Source: Armatimonadota bacterium
GTDB lineage: Bacteria; Armatimonadota; UBA5829; DSUL01
NCBI GenBank assembly: GCA_039811685.1
Contig: JBDHZC010000001.1
Location: forward strand, 448,001-512,000
Direction: 5' to 3'
Length of the DNA: 64,000 nt
Shown here: positions 51,283-60,169 of the stretch, piece by piece
Position numbering within the stretch: position 1 is the stretch's first letter
How the letters are laid out: each line of letters opens with the position of its first letter
Program-made: the position numbers and the translations under genes
Notes under the pieces: generated by a model
Database searches by the model: none
What the model saw: only the letters and a program-made list of their open reading frames with translations
What the model was told of the DNA's origin: nothing

Positions 51283-51879
51283 TTACCGGGGGTTCTGCCG
51301 CTCTACCTCGATACTCTCTTCTCTCCCATCGCAGTCCATTCCCGAGAGGCTGATGGTGGCTCTGCCCCCAGCGACAACAGTCTGACCACTGAAAGTGCAC
51401 TGGGCGTCAACGGGTCCCGCCTTGCTGCTGAAGTCCTTACGCAGCGGTCCGGTAACAGTGCCGTCGCTTCGCCCTGCCCCGATTCGTCCGCAGACGAGAT
51501 GTACTGACCCTGCGCCATCCACCATACCTGCCCACAGATAAAGCATTCCAGACCCCGCGCCGGGAGCCGCCTGATAGCCATAGCCGGTCACGGCGCCAGC
51601 AGGAGAGACACGCAAGTGGGCGCGCCCAGCTTTCGAAAGGAGCACGTGTGATCCGATTCTGAACTTGCCCTCGTAAGTGCCTGCAAAGCGGGAAAAGGAG
51701 GCCGGCGGGGCAGTTTTGAGCGCAATCGTCTTAACCGATCTGGCTGGCGGGGTGATAGTCGGAGGCGAGGGCGCCGCCGCTCTCGGTATCACAAAAGCTT
51801 TCAGAAATAGAGCCGCGGCGACAACCGTTACTGCCACAGCAACCGCGCTTTTGACGTCTTCGTCTGTGGTATCGAACAA
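51283..51879 (-). CDS. Hypothetical membrane-anchored/secreted beta-rich protein
   Basis: N-terminal TM segment, Pro-rich linker, Gly-rich beta domain; GGAG before TTG. Confidence 0.6.
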   Translation of the reverse strand: MFDTTDEDVKSAVAVAVTVVAAALFLKAFVIPRAAAPSPPTITPPARSVKTIALKTAPPASFSRFAGTYEGKFRIGSHVLLSKAGRAHLRVSPAGAVTGYGYQAAPGAGSGMLYLWAGMVDGAGSVHLVCGRIGAGRSDGTVTGPLRKDFSSKAGPVDAQCTFSGQTVVAGGRATISLSGMDCDGREESIEVERQNPR

Positions 51880-51929
51880 GGTAGACTCTCCAATGAGAGT
51901 ATTCCATACTTCTGAAAAAGAACGTGTAC

Positions 51930-52892
51930 TCAGGCGGAAACGACGTTAATGGGAGAGCCGCTTAGGAATGCGCGCAGGTTGGAGCAGGCCTCGTGGATCA
52001 TACGCTCGCGCGCCTGCTTAGTCGCCCACGCGATATGTGGGGTGATAATGCAGCGAGGGGCATGGAGTAACGGGTTGTCTGAGGATGGCGGCTCAGTTGA
52101 AAGCACGTCAAGCCCGGCTCCGCCGAGGTGTCCCGAGTGGAGCGCTTTCGACACCGCTTCCTCATCGATCAATCCCCCTCTGGAAGTGTTAATCAAGAAT
52201 GATCCAGGCTTCATCAACTCAAGTGTCTGTGTGCTGATAATCTGGGCGGTCTCAGGAGTTAGAGGACAGTGCAGCGACACAAAGTCTGAGTGTCCGAGAA
52301 GCGCCTCAAGAGAGACAGGCTCGACACCCATGTGCGGGACGGACAGGGACACGCCAGGCCGTCCGGTTACGAGAACGCGCATTCCGAAGGCGCGCGCTAT
52401 GCGAGCGCTAGCCCGGCCGATCCGCCCGTACCCAATTATGCCCATCGTCTTGCCGGTGAGCTCAGTGAGAGGTGAAAGGCGGAAGGAGAAATCCGGCGAC
52501 GACTCCCACTCTCCGCGATGTACAGCCTGAGAGTGATCGCCAGCATGCAGACATAACTCAAGCAGCAGAGCAATAGTAAGCTGCGCCACTGAATCCGTCG
52601 AGTAGCTAGGCACATTCGTCACAGTGATAGCCTGCCGGCTGGCCGCCGCGACATCCACATTGTTGTAGCCCGTAGCCAGCACGCCAATATAGCGCAAATC
52701 CGGGAGCTGATTGATGTCCTCAGCGCTTATGACAGCTTTGTTTGTCAGGGCAACTTGAGCGCCTCTCAGCCGCACCACCGTTTCCTGAGCCGCTGTGCGA
52801 GGATACACTGTTACATCACCCAGAGCTTCAAGAGCAGCCCAGGACAGGTCCCCAGGATTGAGACAGTATCCATCCAGAACAACGATCTGCAC
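51930..52892 (-). CDS. D-2-hydroxyacid dehydrogenase (glycerate dehydrogenase/HprA-like)
   Basis: IVVLDG..LNPGDLSW, GYGRIG, LHCPL, INTSRG, ITPHIAW; start GTG 52892. Confidence 0.93.
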   Translation of the reverse strand: MQIVVLDGYCLNPGDLSWAALEALGDVTVYPRTAAQETVVRLRGAQVALTNKAVISAEDINQLPDLRYIGVLATGYNNVDVAAASRQAITVTNVPSYSTDSVAQLTIALLLELCLHAGDHSQAVHRGEWESSPDFSFRLSPLTELTGKTMGIIGYGRIGRASARIARAFGMRVLVTGRPGVSLSVPHMGVEPVSLEALLGHSDFVSLHCPLTPETAQIISTQTLELMKPGSFLINTSRGGLIDEEAVSKALHSGHLGGAGLDVLSTEPPSSDNPLLHAPRCIITPHIAWATKQARERMIHEACSNLRAFLSGSPINVVSA

Positions 52893-52893
52893 C

Positions 52894-53463
52894 TTATCTG
52901 TCTTTGAGGTCATTCCTGCCAGCATGGGAATGCAGAGTCTGCAGCGCGCGGGCGGCAAACCGGGACGCGTCCGGATCAATCTGAACCGCCCCTCGCGCCA
53001 GAGCTTGCTGGATTTTCCAGGCTACATACCGGCGGGCTGCTTCGGTCATAGATTCAGGGACAGGAATTCCGGCCGCACGCATCTGACTGTGGGCGTACAT
53101 CTCAGCTTCGTACTCTTTTCGGTGACGCGGTTTGCTGGTGTTACAGTGAAGGTGCAGATGAGCGCACTCGTGCAGAAAAATGTAGAGGGCTTTGCGCGTG
53201 CGCGGACGCGGGGCTTCCAGCGCTAGCAAGCCGTCCTTGTGCAGTGCGCGGCCAGTAAGCGCCTTTCGCCACGTCACGACTACGGCGTCTTTTGGGACGT
53301 TGTCCAGTGCGCACTGAAGGCATTTGCGGCCTGACGCGCTTCTTGCTCGTGTAAGCTCCTCCCGCAACAGCCTCCGAGCATTTCTCGTGACCCGAATGTC
53401 TCTGACGTGCTGTACACTGATTCTACTTCCCACTAGTGCCCTTTCTCCGGACAACACGGCCAC
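52894..53463 (-). CDS. HExxH zincin-like metallopeptidase (ImmA/IrrE-like)
   Basis: FLHECAHLHL followed by EYEAE; stop 1 nt before the dehydrogenase start. Confidence 0.65.
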   Translation of the reverse strand: MAVLSGERALVGSRISVQHVRDIRVTRNARRLLREELTRARSASGRKCLQCALDNVPKDAVVVTWRKALTGRALHKDGLLALEAPRPRTRKALYIFLHECAHLHLHCNTSKPRHRKEYEAEMYAHSQMRAAGIPVPESMTEAARRYVAWKIQQALARGAVQIDPDASRFAARALQTLHSHAGRNDLKDR

Positions 53464-53709
53464 AGACTACCTCGTGCATTTACGTCGTGTGTGGCCGTCC
53501 AGCGATACCCGCCTTCGTCTTTTGGAATCGGTCCGGTAGAAGTGTAGCGCAATGATCCTCACTTTTCCAGTGCGGCACTGCGACGGCTGAAGAGTCAGGC
53601 AAGGAGAGCGAGGAGGGAGTACGACAGCAAAAATGGCTATTGAAGGATATGGCTGTCCGGCTACTCTAAATAGGCACAAGGCATCTTGCATCGAGGACTG
53701 GAGACCACA

Positions 53710-56700
53710 ATGAATCAGAATAGCCGCATCTGGAAATCCGCTCTCATTCTCGCCATACTCGCGCTCTGTACTGCTGCTACAGTGTGGAGATGTCAGGCGC
53801 AACAGCCCTCCATTCGCCTGGAAACACGCGTCTTGGGACAGAATCAGTGGCTGTCCGGCAGCCTCGCAAGTGTGCGGATTCTCACGATAAATCACTACAA
53901 CAACGAACCTCTCAGCGGAGTGCCAGTTTCTGTCGCCATCGCAGCGGTTGATTCCAAAGACTTCAAACCGCTGTTCTCCGGCCGGACAAACTCACTTGGT
54001 TCCGTGGACGCTTCGTTTGGCGTTCCGGAAGCGTTGCAGGGCAGCTACCATCTTCGAGTGCAGACTCGCGCACTTGGTGAAACTGATGAAGTTATCCGCC
54101 CAGTAGAAGTCCGGCGGGAAGTCCGGGTCCTGCTGACCACAGACAAGCCGATTTACCAGCCCGGGCAACTGATGCACATTCGCGCGCTGGCGCTGAAGAT
54201 ACCGTCTCTCCATCCCGCTGACAGTCAGCCGTGTACCCTGGAAGTATCAGATGCGCGCGGCAACAAAGTCTTCAAGAAGGCTGGCCCACTGTCACACTTC
54301 GGAATCGCGTCTGCCGATTTTCAGCTGGCTTCAGAAGTCAATCAGGGCGCCTACACGGTGCGTGCCATCGTGGAGGGAAAAACGGAAGAGAAGAAGGTCA
54401 CGGTCGAGCGCTATGTCCTTCCCAAGTTCAAAGTGCGCATGGAAACTGAGCGCACCTACTACCTTCCAGGCGACCGCGTCAAAGGAACCGTCCACGCCGA
54501 CTATTTCTTCGGCAAGCCGGTAGAGAATGCTAAAGTCTCTGTCAAGCTCTCTAAATTTGATGTCGGCTTCAGCGACTTCGCGGAAGTTTCGGGCACAACC
54601 GACTCTGCTGGGACTTTTACCTTTGAACAAACTCTCCCCATGGCCTTTGTCGGACAGCCGCTTGAGCAGGGCAATGCTTTCTTCAAAATCGAAACTGCCG
54701 TCACCGACGGCGCGGACCACACAGAAAAGGTAACACGGACTGTTCCGGTCGCGAAAGACCCTCTCAAGATTCTGGCTATTCCCGAAAGTGGCAATCTGGT
54801 TGCCGGCATTGAGAATATCATCTATCTTTCCGTCAGCTATCCCGACGGATCACCTGTCAAGAAAACCGCCGTCCGTGTTCAGGCCAGGACCTCTGCGGGA
54901 AAAAGCCTTGAGCTATCCAGAGCAACCGTTGAAGTGGATGATCTGGGTATTGGCGAGATACGCCTCACGCCTGCGGACGAAGAGGTGATTCTCAAGGTCG
55001 AGGCACAGGATTCTGCAGGCCACCGCATGCAGACGCGCCAGACGTTGAGCGTCAAACAGGCCGATGAAGCCGTTCTTCTACGCACGGATAAGGCCGTGCT
55101 ATCTGTTGGAGAGGCGCTCCAGATCACAGCGCTCTGCTCGCGCAGTTACGGCTATGTGTATCTGGACGTTGTCAAGGATGGACAGACTGTTCTGACGAAA
55201 TCCATTGTTCTCAACCGTGGCCGCGCGACACTCTCGCTGCCGTTGACCGCGGACAAAGCAGGAGCGATCCAACTGCGCGCGTACCGGCTCACTCGAAACG
55301 GTAATATTGTGCGTGATTCACGCACCGTTTTTGTACGCCCCGCTTCAGACCTGAAAATCGCCATCACCTCAGACGCGCGGCAGTATCTCCCAGGGAAGCC
55401 TGCAAAGTTATCTCTTTCCGTTACGGACGGCAGGGGGCGCCCGCTTGCCGCAGCCCTTGGTATCAGCATCGTGGACGAGAGCGTTTATGCGCTGCAGGAG
55501 CTTCAGCCTGGGCTGGAGCGCATCTACTTCATGCTGGAAAAGGAACTTGCCGAGCCGAAGTACGAAATCCACTCTATCACGCCTGGGGAGATAGTCGGCC
55601 CTCGCGTCCCTGACGTCAATGACAACTTGTCCGCTGAGAAACAGCAGGCGGCACGCGTGCTCTTTGCCGCCGTTCAAAAAGAAGAGCTTGCCAACTCACA
55701 CGCCTCAGCTTTCACCCTGGAAAGCAACACCTACGCGGAGAAGATTGACAAAATCCGCGATCAACTCGCCAGACAGGCCAAAGACGACTGGAAAACAATT
55801 GCCGCAGGTGTCGCGGGATTTCAAGAAAAGCAAGGCGGAGACCTTCTTGCACTCGGGGGGATTCACTACCTGGTACGCGAAGGACTATTGCCGCAGACTA
55901 TTCTGAAGGACCAGTGGGGCAGCCCCTACGAATTCATCTCAAGTCCCTGGGGCGGCGGGTACACGAGTGGACTGGCTCTTTGGAGCAATGGTCCAGACAG
56001 GCGGAAGGGTACCGTGGACGATATCGTCGTCAGTGGATATCCAAGAGGTGGATCACCGGAGATCGTACCGGTGACTGGTGACGTCCTGCAGATGGCGTTC
56101 AGTGACAAGGATAAATGGGACAGAGACCGAGGTTTGTTTTCTGCTGTCACGCGTAAAGCTCGCGGCGTCGGCGGATTGGACATGGTCTTTATGGATGGCG
56201 CAGCAGCAGTGGTCGAACAAGCGCCAATGCCGGTATCGGGCCCTAACTCCATCGGCGAGGCCCCCACTGCGAGACCGGACGTGCGCATCCGCAGCTACTT
56301 CCCTGAGACGCTCTACTTCAATCCCGCTGTGATCACGGACGACAAGGGCAAAGCAGATATCCACATTGACATGGCGGACTCCATTACAACGTGGCGGCTC
56401 AGCGCAATGGCCTCGTCGTTGAATGGATTGCTGGGCTCCACTACCAGCCCGCTGAAGGTGTTCCAGGATTTCTTCATTGACATTGACCTGCCTGTAGCGC
56501 TGACGCAAAACGACGAGGCTTCCATTCCCGTTGCAGTTTACAACTATCTGCCCGGTGCGCAGAAGGTGGAGCTGGAGCTGACGCCGCAACCGTGGTTCGA
56601 ACTGAGCGGCCCGGCGAAGCAGACTCTGCAGATAGCAGGCAACTCGGTCAAAGCTGTCCACTACCGGATTAAGGTGAAGCAGATCGGCTGGCATCAACTT

Positions 56701-58380
56701 ACAGTGCACGCCTACGGCTCCAAGATGAACGACGCCATCCGGCGGGACATTGAGGTAACCCCGGATGGCGAACGCCAGGAAATCAGCATCAACGACCGGT
56801 TGGAGAAGAGCGTAACGCACGCGGTCACAATCCCGCAGAACGCCATTGACGGCGCAAGCAACATCCTGGTGAAAGTCTATCCGGGCGTGTTCAGCCAGAT
56901 TGTCGAAGGGATGGACTCTTTGCTGCGAATGCCGACAGGCTGTTTCGAACAGACGTCTTCAGCAACCTACCCCAACGTTCTGGTGCTGGGCTATATGCGG
57001 GATACGAAGCAGTCCACGCCTGAGATCCAGATGAAGGCCGAGCAGTACATCAACCTGGGCTACCAGCGTCTTGTCTCCTATGAGTGCAAAGGAGGCGGAT
57101 TTGAGTGGTTTGGTAATGACCCGGCGAACCTCGTACTGACGGCTTACGGGCTGCTGGAATTTGCGGACATGGCAAAGGTCTATGATGTGGACCCGGCCCT
57201 GATCACGCGAACGCAGAACTTCCTCCTCTCCAAACAGAGCCCGGACGGCAGTTTCACACCTGACAAAGGCGGAATCGCGGAGGGCGCCATCAACCGCCAG
57301 ACAGATGAGTTCCGCACGACAGCGTACGTCCTGTGGGCGCTTGGCAACTCGGGCAAGTCCGGCGACGCCGTTCAGAAGGGTCTGAGTTACCTCAGCGCAA
57401 ACTGGAGTAAGGTGGACGACCCGTACGCTCTGGCGCTTGCCGCAAACGCGTTTCTTGCGACTCCAGATGGCAAGAACAAGTGCATTGATCTGTGCCAGAA
57501 GCTGGCAGACCTGCACAAGAAGGACGATCGCGGAATCTTCTGGAGCACGCCAGGCAACACCGCCGTCTCCTCCACTGGCGCAACCGCGGACATCGAGACA
57601 ACGGCGCTCGCGACTATAGCTCTGATGCAGACAGGGCGCTACAACGATCTGGTCAGCGGTGCGATGACGTTCCTGATCAAGTCCAAGGACTCTTACGGCA
57701 CCTGGGGCAGTACGCAGGCGACGATATTCTCGCTGAAGGCGCTGATTTCATCGCTGGTTCAGCGTACGCAGGACGTCAATGCGAAGGTGACGGTTCTCAT
57801 CAACGGTCACGAAGCCGAGACATTCCAACTCACGCCCGAAAATTCAGACGTACTTCGTCAGGTGGACACGAAAAAATGGGTTGTCAAGGGTGAGAACAAA
57901 GTCGAGATCCGATTTGACGGAAGAGGCTCATCTCTGTATCAGATTGCAGGCTACTATTACACGCCGTGGAAAGTTCGGGCGACGCAGGACAAAGAACTGA
58001 TGAAGATAGACGTGAGCTTTGACCGCACGAAGCTCGACACGGATGACGTTGTAACCAGCGCAGTCAAAGTTGCGTATCTCGGTCGTGGCACGGCGAACAT
58101 GATTATCGTTGACCTTGGCACACCGCCGGGCTTCGACGTTCTGGCCGAAGACCTGGACGCGCTGGTGCGGGACCGGACTTTCCAGAAATACTCGCTTACC
58201 GGGCGGCAGATTATTGTCTATATCGAGAAGCTGGAAGCCGGAAAGCCTCTTGAGTTCAAGTACCGGATGCGAGCGAAGTTTCCCGTGAAGGCCAAAACGC
58301 CGAAATCTGAAGTGTATCAGTACTACAACCCGGACGCGCGCGCCGTAGCCGCGCCGGTGGACATGGAAGTCCGGGGCTGA
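53710..58380 (+). CDS. Bacterial alpha-2-macroglobulin with intact thioester
   Basis: TDKPIYQPG, YVLPKF, RSYFPET, DSITTW, GCFEQ thioester, WGSTQAT, YYNP; signal peptide. Confidence 0.95.
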   Translation: MNQNSRIWKSALILAILALCTAATVWRCQAQQPSIRLETRVLGQNQWLSGSLASVRILTINHYNNEPLSGVPVSVAIAAVDSKDFKPLFSGRTNSLGSVDASFGVPEALQGSYHLRVQTRALGETDEVIRPVEVRREVRVLLTTDKPIYQPGQLMHIRALALKIPSLHPADSQPCTLEVSDARGNKVFKKAGPLSHFGIASADFQLASEVNQGAYTVRAIVEGKTEEKKVTVERYVLPKFKVRMETERTYYLPGDRVKGTVHADYFFGKPVENAKVSVKLSKFDVGFSDFAEVSGTTDSAGTFTFEQTLPMAFVGQPLEQGNAFFKIETAVTDGADHTEKVTRTVPVAKDPLKILAIPESGNLVAGIENIIYLSVSYPDGSPVKKTAVRVQARTSAGKSLELSRATVEVDDLGIGEIRLTPADEEVILKVEAQDSAGHRMQTRQTLSVKQADEAVLLRTDKAVLSVGEALQITALCSRSYGYVYLDVVKDGQTVLTKSIVLNRGRATLSLPLTADKAGAIQLRAYRLTRNGNIVRDSRTVFVRPASDLKIAITSDARQYLPGKPAKLSLSVTDGRGRPLAAALGISIVDESVYALQELQPGLERIYFMLEKELAEPKYEIHSITPGEIVGPRVPDVNDNLSAEKQQAARVLFAAVQKEELANSHASAFTLESNTYAEKIDKIRDQLARQAKDDWKTIAAGVAGFQEKQGGDLLALGGIHYLVREGLLPQTILKDQWGSPYEFISSPWGGGYTSGLALWSNGPDRRKGTVDDIVVSGYPRGGSPEIVPVTGDVLQMAFSDKDKWDRDRGLFSAVTRKARGVGGLDMVFMDGAAAVVEQAPMPVSGPNSIGEAPTARPDVRIRSYFPETLYFNPAVITDDKGKADIHIDMADSITTWRLSAMASSLNGLLGSTTSPLKVFQDFFIDIDLPVALTQNDEASIPVAVYNYLPGAQKVELELTPQPWFELSGPAKQTLQIAGNSVKAVHYRIKVKQIGWHQLTVHAYGSKMNDAIRRDIEVTPDGERQEISINDRLEKSVTHAVTIPQNAIDGASNILVKVYPGVFSQIVEGMDSLLRMPTGCFEQTSSATYPNVLVLGYMRDTKQSTPEIQMKAEQYINLGYQRLVSYECKGGGFEWFGNDPANLVLTAYGLLEFADMAKVYDVDPALITRTQNFLLSKQSPDGSFTPDKGGIAEGAINRQTDEFRTTAYVLWALGNSGKSGDAVQKGLSYLSANWSKVDDPYALALAANAFLATPDGKNKCIDLCQKLADLHKKDDRGIFWSTPGNTAVSSTGATADIETTALATIALMQTGRYNDLVSGAMTFLIKSKDSYGTWGSTQATIFSLKALISSLVQRTQDVNAKVTVLINGHEAETFQLTPENSDVLRQVDTKKWVVKGENKVEIRFDGRGSSLYQIAGYYYTPWKVRATQDKELMKIDVSFDRTKLDTDDVVTSAVKVAYLGRGTANMIIVDLGTPPGFDVLAEDLDALVRDRTFQKYSLTGRQIIVYIEKLEAGKPLEFKYRMRAKFPVKAKTPKSEVYQYYNPDARAVAAPVDMEVRG

Positions 58381-58390
58381 GATTCAGATG

Positions 58391-58436
58391 AGCGCGCCGC
58401 GCCTGAGGTATCCTCCGTTGCGGCGCGCTTCTTCCC
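58391..58436 (+). terminator. Hairpin/terminator after the alpha-2-macroglobulin gene
   Basis: 10-bp stem AGCGCGCCGC/GCGGCGCGCT followed by TCTTCCC. Confidence 0.55.
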
Positions 58437-58500
58437 GGCAAAGCGCAAATTAGCAGCGATGCCGCCCACTTTGTGAGTTTCCAGCGCCGAACAGCCATAA

Positions 58501-58529
58501 TTGACACTGGTTACGCGCAATGATAAACT
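58501..58529 (+). promoter_or_regulatory. Sigma70-type promoter of the czc operon
   Basis: TTGACA-17 nt-TAAACT with extended TG. Confidence 0.75.
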
Positions 58530-58537
58530 CATCTTTG

Positions 58538-58831
58538 GTGAGCACCTTACGCATAATTCAGGTGGCGGTCGCTCTGCTGCTTCTGATCTCTATTGCAGCC
58601 GGACCCGCGCCGGGCTGCGAGGGTGACGTGAGCTCGGGTGATTCGCACTGCGTGTGCTCCGTGGTGTGTCCGTGTAGTTGCACGTTCGTCACCCACCCGC
58701 AGATTCATCTGGAACTCCCGAGCCCCAACACACGCAGTGAGACACTCGGGGATCTGTACCACTGCGCCGACTACCCCCTCCTGTTCACGGATATCTTCCA
58801 ACCTCCAAGACTTCTGCTCCAGACCTCCTGA
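58538..58831 (+). CDS. Cys-rich secreted leader protein (CzcI/DUF2946-like)
   Basis: Signal-like N-terminus, HCVCSVVCPCSC cluster, C-terminal IFQPPR; GTG lies 8 nt after the -10 box. Confidence 0.7.
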   Translation: MSTLRIIQVAVALLLLISIAAGPAPGCEGDVSSGDSHCVCSVVCPCSCTFVTHPQIHLELPSPNTRSETLGDLYHCADYPLLFTDIFQPPRLLLQTS

Positions 58832-58894
58832 TCAATACACCCACAGGCGCGCCGCCACACAAGGCCGGCGCATTCACAGGATTGGAGCTCTGTC

Positions 58895-60169
58895 GTGACA
58901 CTTTCACGCTTCGCCACTGCGCTTGCGCTGGCAGTGGCCCTTCTTTCCACCTGCTCCGCCGCCCAGAGCGCAGACAAGCGTCTCAGTCTGGAAGAGGCGG
59001 TAAGCAAGGCCCTGGATAACAACCCGGTCGTTTCTGCTGTTCGCGCAGCCGTCGGAAGTGCGGAGTTTGGCGCGAGGTCCGCGCGTGCCCTGTCCAATCC
59101 GACGGTTCATTTTACGCCTGCGCTGACCTCCCCGGGCGGCTCGGACGAGGAGCTGAGCGTGCAGCAACCGCTTGAGATCAATGGAACGCGCTCAGCGCGA
59201 TCGGCAAGTGCGCGCGCTGTCGCTGATGGCATACAGGCCGTTGGCGCAACAGAACTGTTGGATCTCGTGCTGCAAACGGAGACGGCTTACTTCGAGCTTC
59301 ACAGAGCCCGTGAGCAACTGCAGCTTGCCGAGGATTTGCTCTCCATCACCGAGGAGTCTCATCGGCTCGTTGACAGGCAGGTGGAAGAGGGAGCGCGACC
59401 AGGAATTGACCGTATGCAAACGTCTCTTGAGGTCTCTCGCGCAAAGCAGCAGCTTGTGACGGCGCAAAGGCAGGAGCGCATTGCCAGCGCCACTCTGAAT
59501 CTGGCGCTTGGCCAGACTCCAACCAGCCCGCTGCCTCTGCTGATTCCTCCCACGCCGCAGTCTCCTGACACCCGGACGGAAGCGCTGGTGGCACGAGCTC
59601 TGGCGCAGCGGCCGGAAATCGCCGCGGCGCGTGCGAGGCATAGCGAGAGCCTCAGCCAGGCCAGATTGATACGCGCGGAAGGCCGTCCGGACCTCACTCC
59701 CCAATTCCGCGCAGACAGCGTAACGCGAGGCGGGTTTCAGAATGCAGGCGTTGGCATCAGCGTCAGCATTCCGATTTTCGACTACGGAAGCCGCCGCGAC
59801 CGACTGAAAGAAGCGCGCGCCGAGGCAAGCGCCGAAAAAGCCAGGATCACCTCTGAAGAGAACAATGTACGCGCAGACGTCGAGCGAGCTATTGACAGAT
59901 TGGACGCAGCAAGAGAAGCGCTGAAGCAGTTTCACAGCGGTGTTCTGGATCAGTCCAGGCGTCTCCTCGAAGCCAGCCGGACAGGATTTCAGCTTGGTCA
60001 GACAAATGTACTCAATCTGCTTGAAGCGCAGCGCTCATACCGGCTGATTCAAAGCGACTACATTAACGCGCTGGTGGATGGAGCCATTGCGCAAGCGGAA
60101 CTCAAGCGCGCGGCGGCGGACGCTTTGCCTGTCGTGCAGGCCGTCATCCAAGGGAGAACATCACATTGA
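58895..60169 (+). CDS. czcC: TolC/CzcC-family outer membrane efflux protein
   Basis: Signal peptide, LSLEEAVSKALDNNP, two OEP repeats, SIPIFD. Confidence 0.9.
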   Translation: MTLSRFATALALAVALLSTCSAAQSADKRLSLEEAVSKALDNNPVVSAVRAAVGSAEFGARSARALSNPTVHFTPALTSPGGSDEELSVQQPLEINGTRSARSASARAVADGIQAVGATELLDLVLQTETAYFELHRAREQLQLAEDLLSITEESHRLVDRQVEEGARPGIDRMQTSLEVSRAKQQLVTAQRQERIASATLNLALGQTPTSPLPLLIPPTPQSPDTRTEALVARALAQRPEIAAARARHSESLSQARLIRAEGRPDLTPQFRADSVTRGGFQNAGVGISVSIPIFDYGSRRDRLKEARAEASAEKARITSEENNVRADVERAIDRLDAAREALKQFHSGVLDQSRRLLEASRTGFQLGQTNVLNLLEAQRSYRLIQSDYINALVDGAIAQAELKRAAADALPVVQAVIQGRTSH

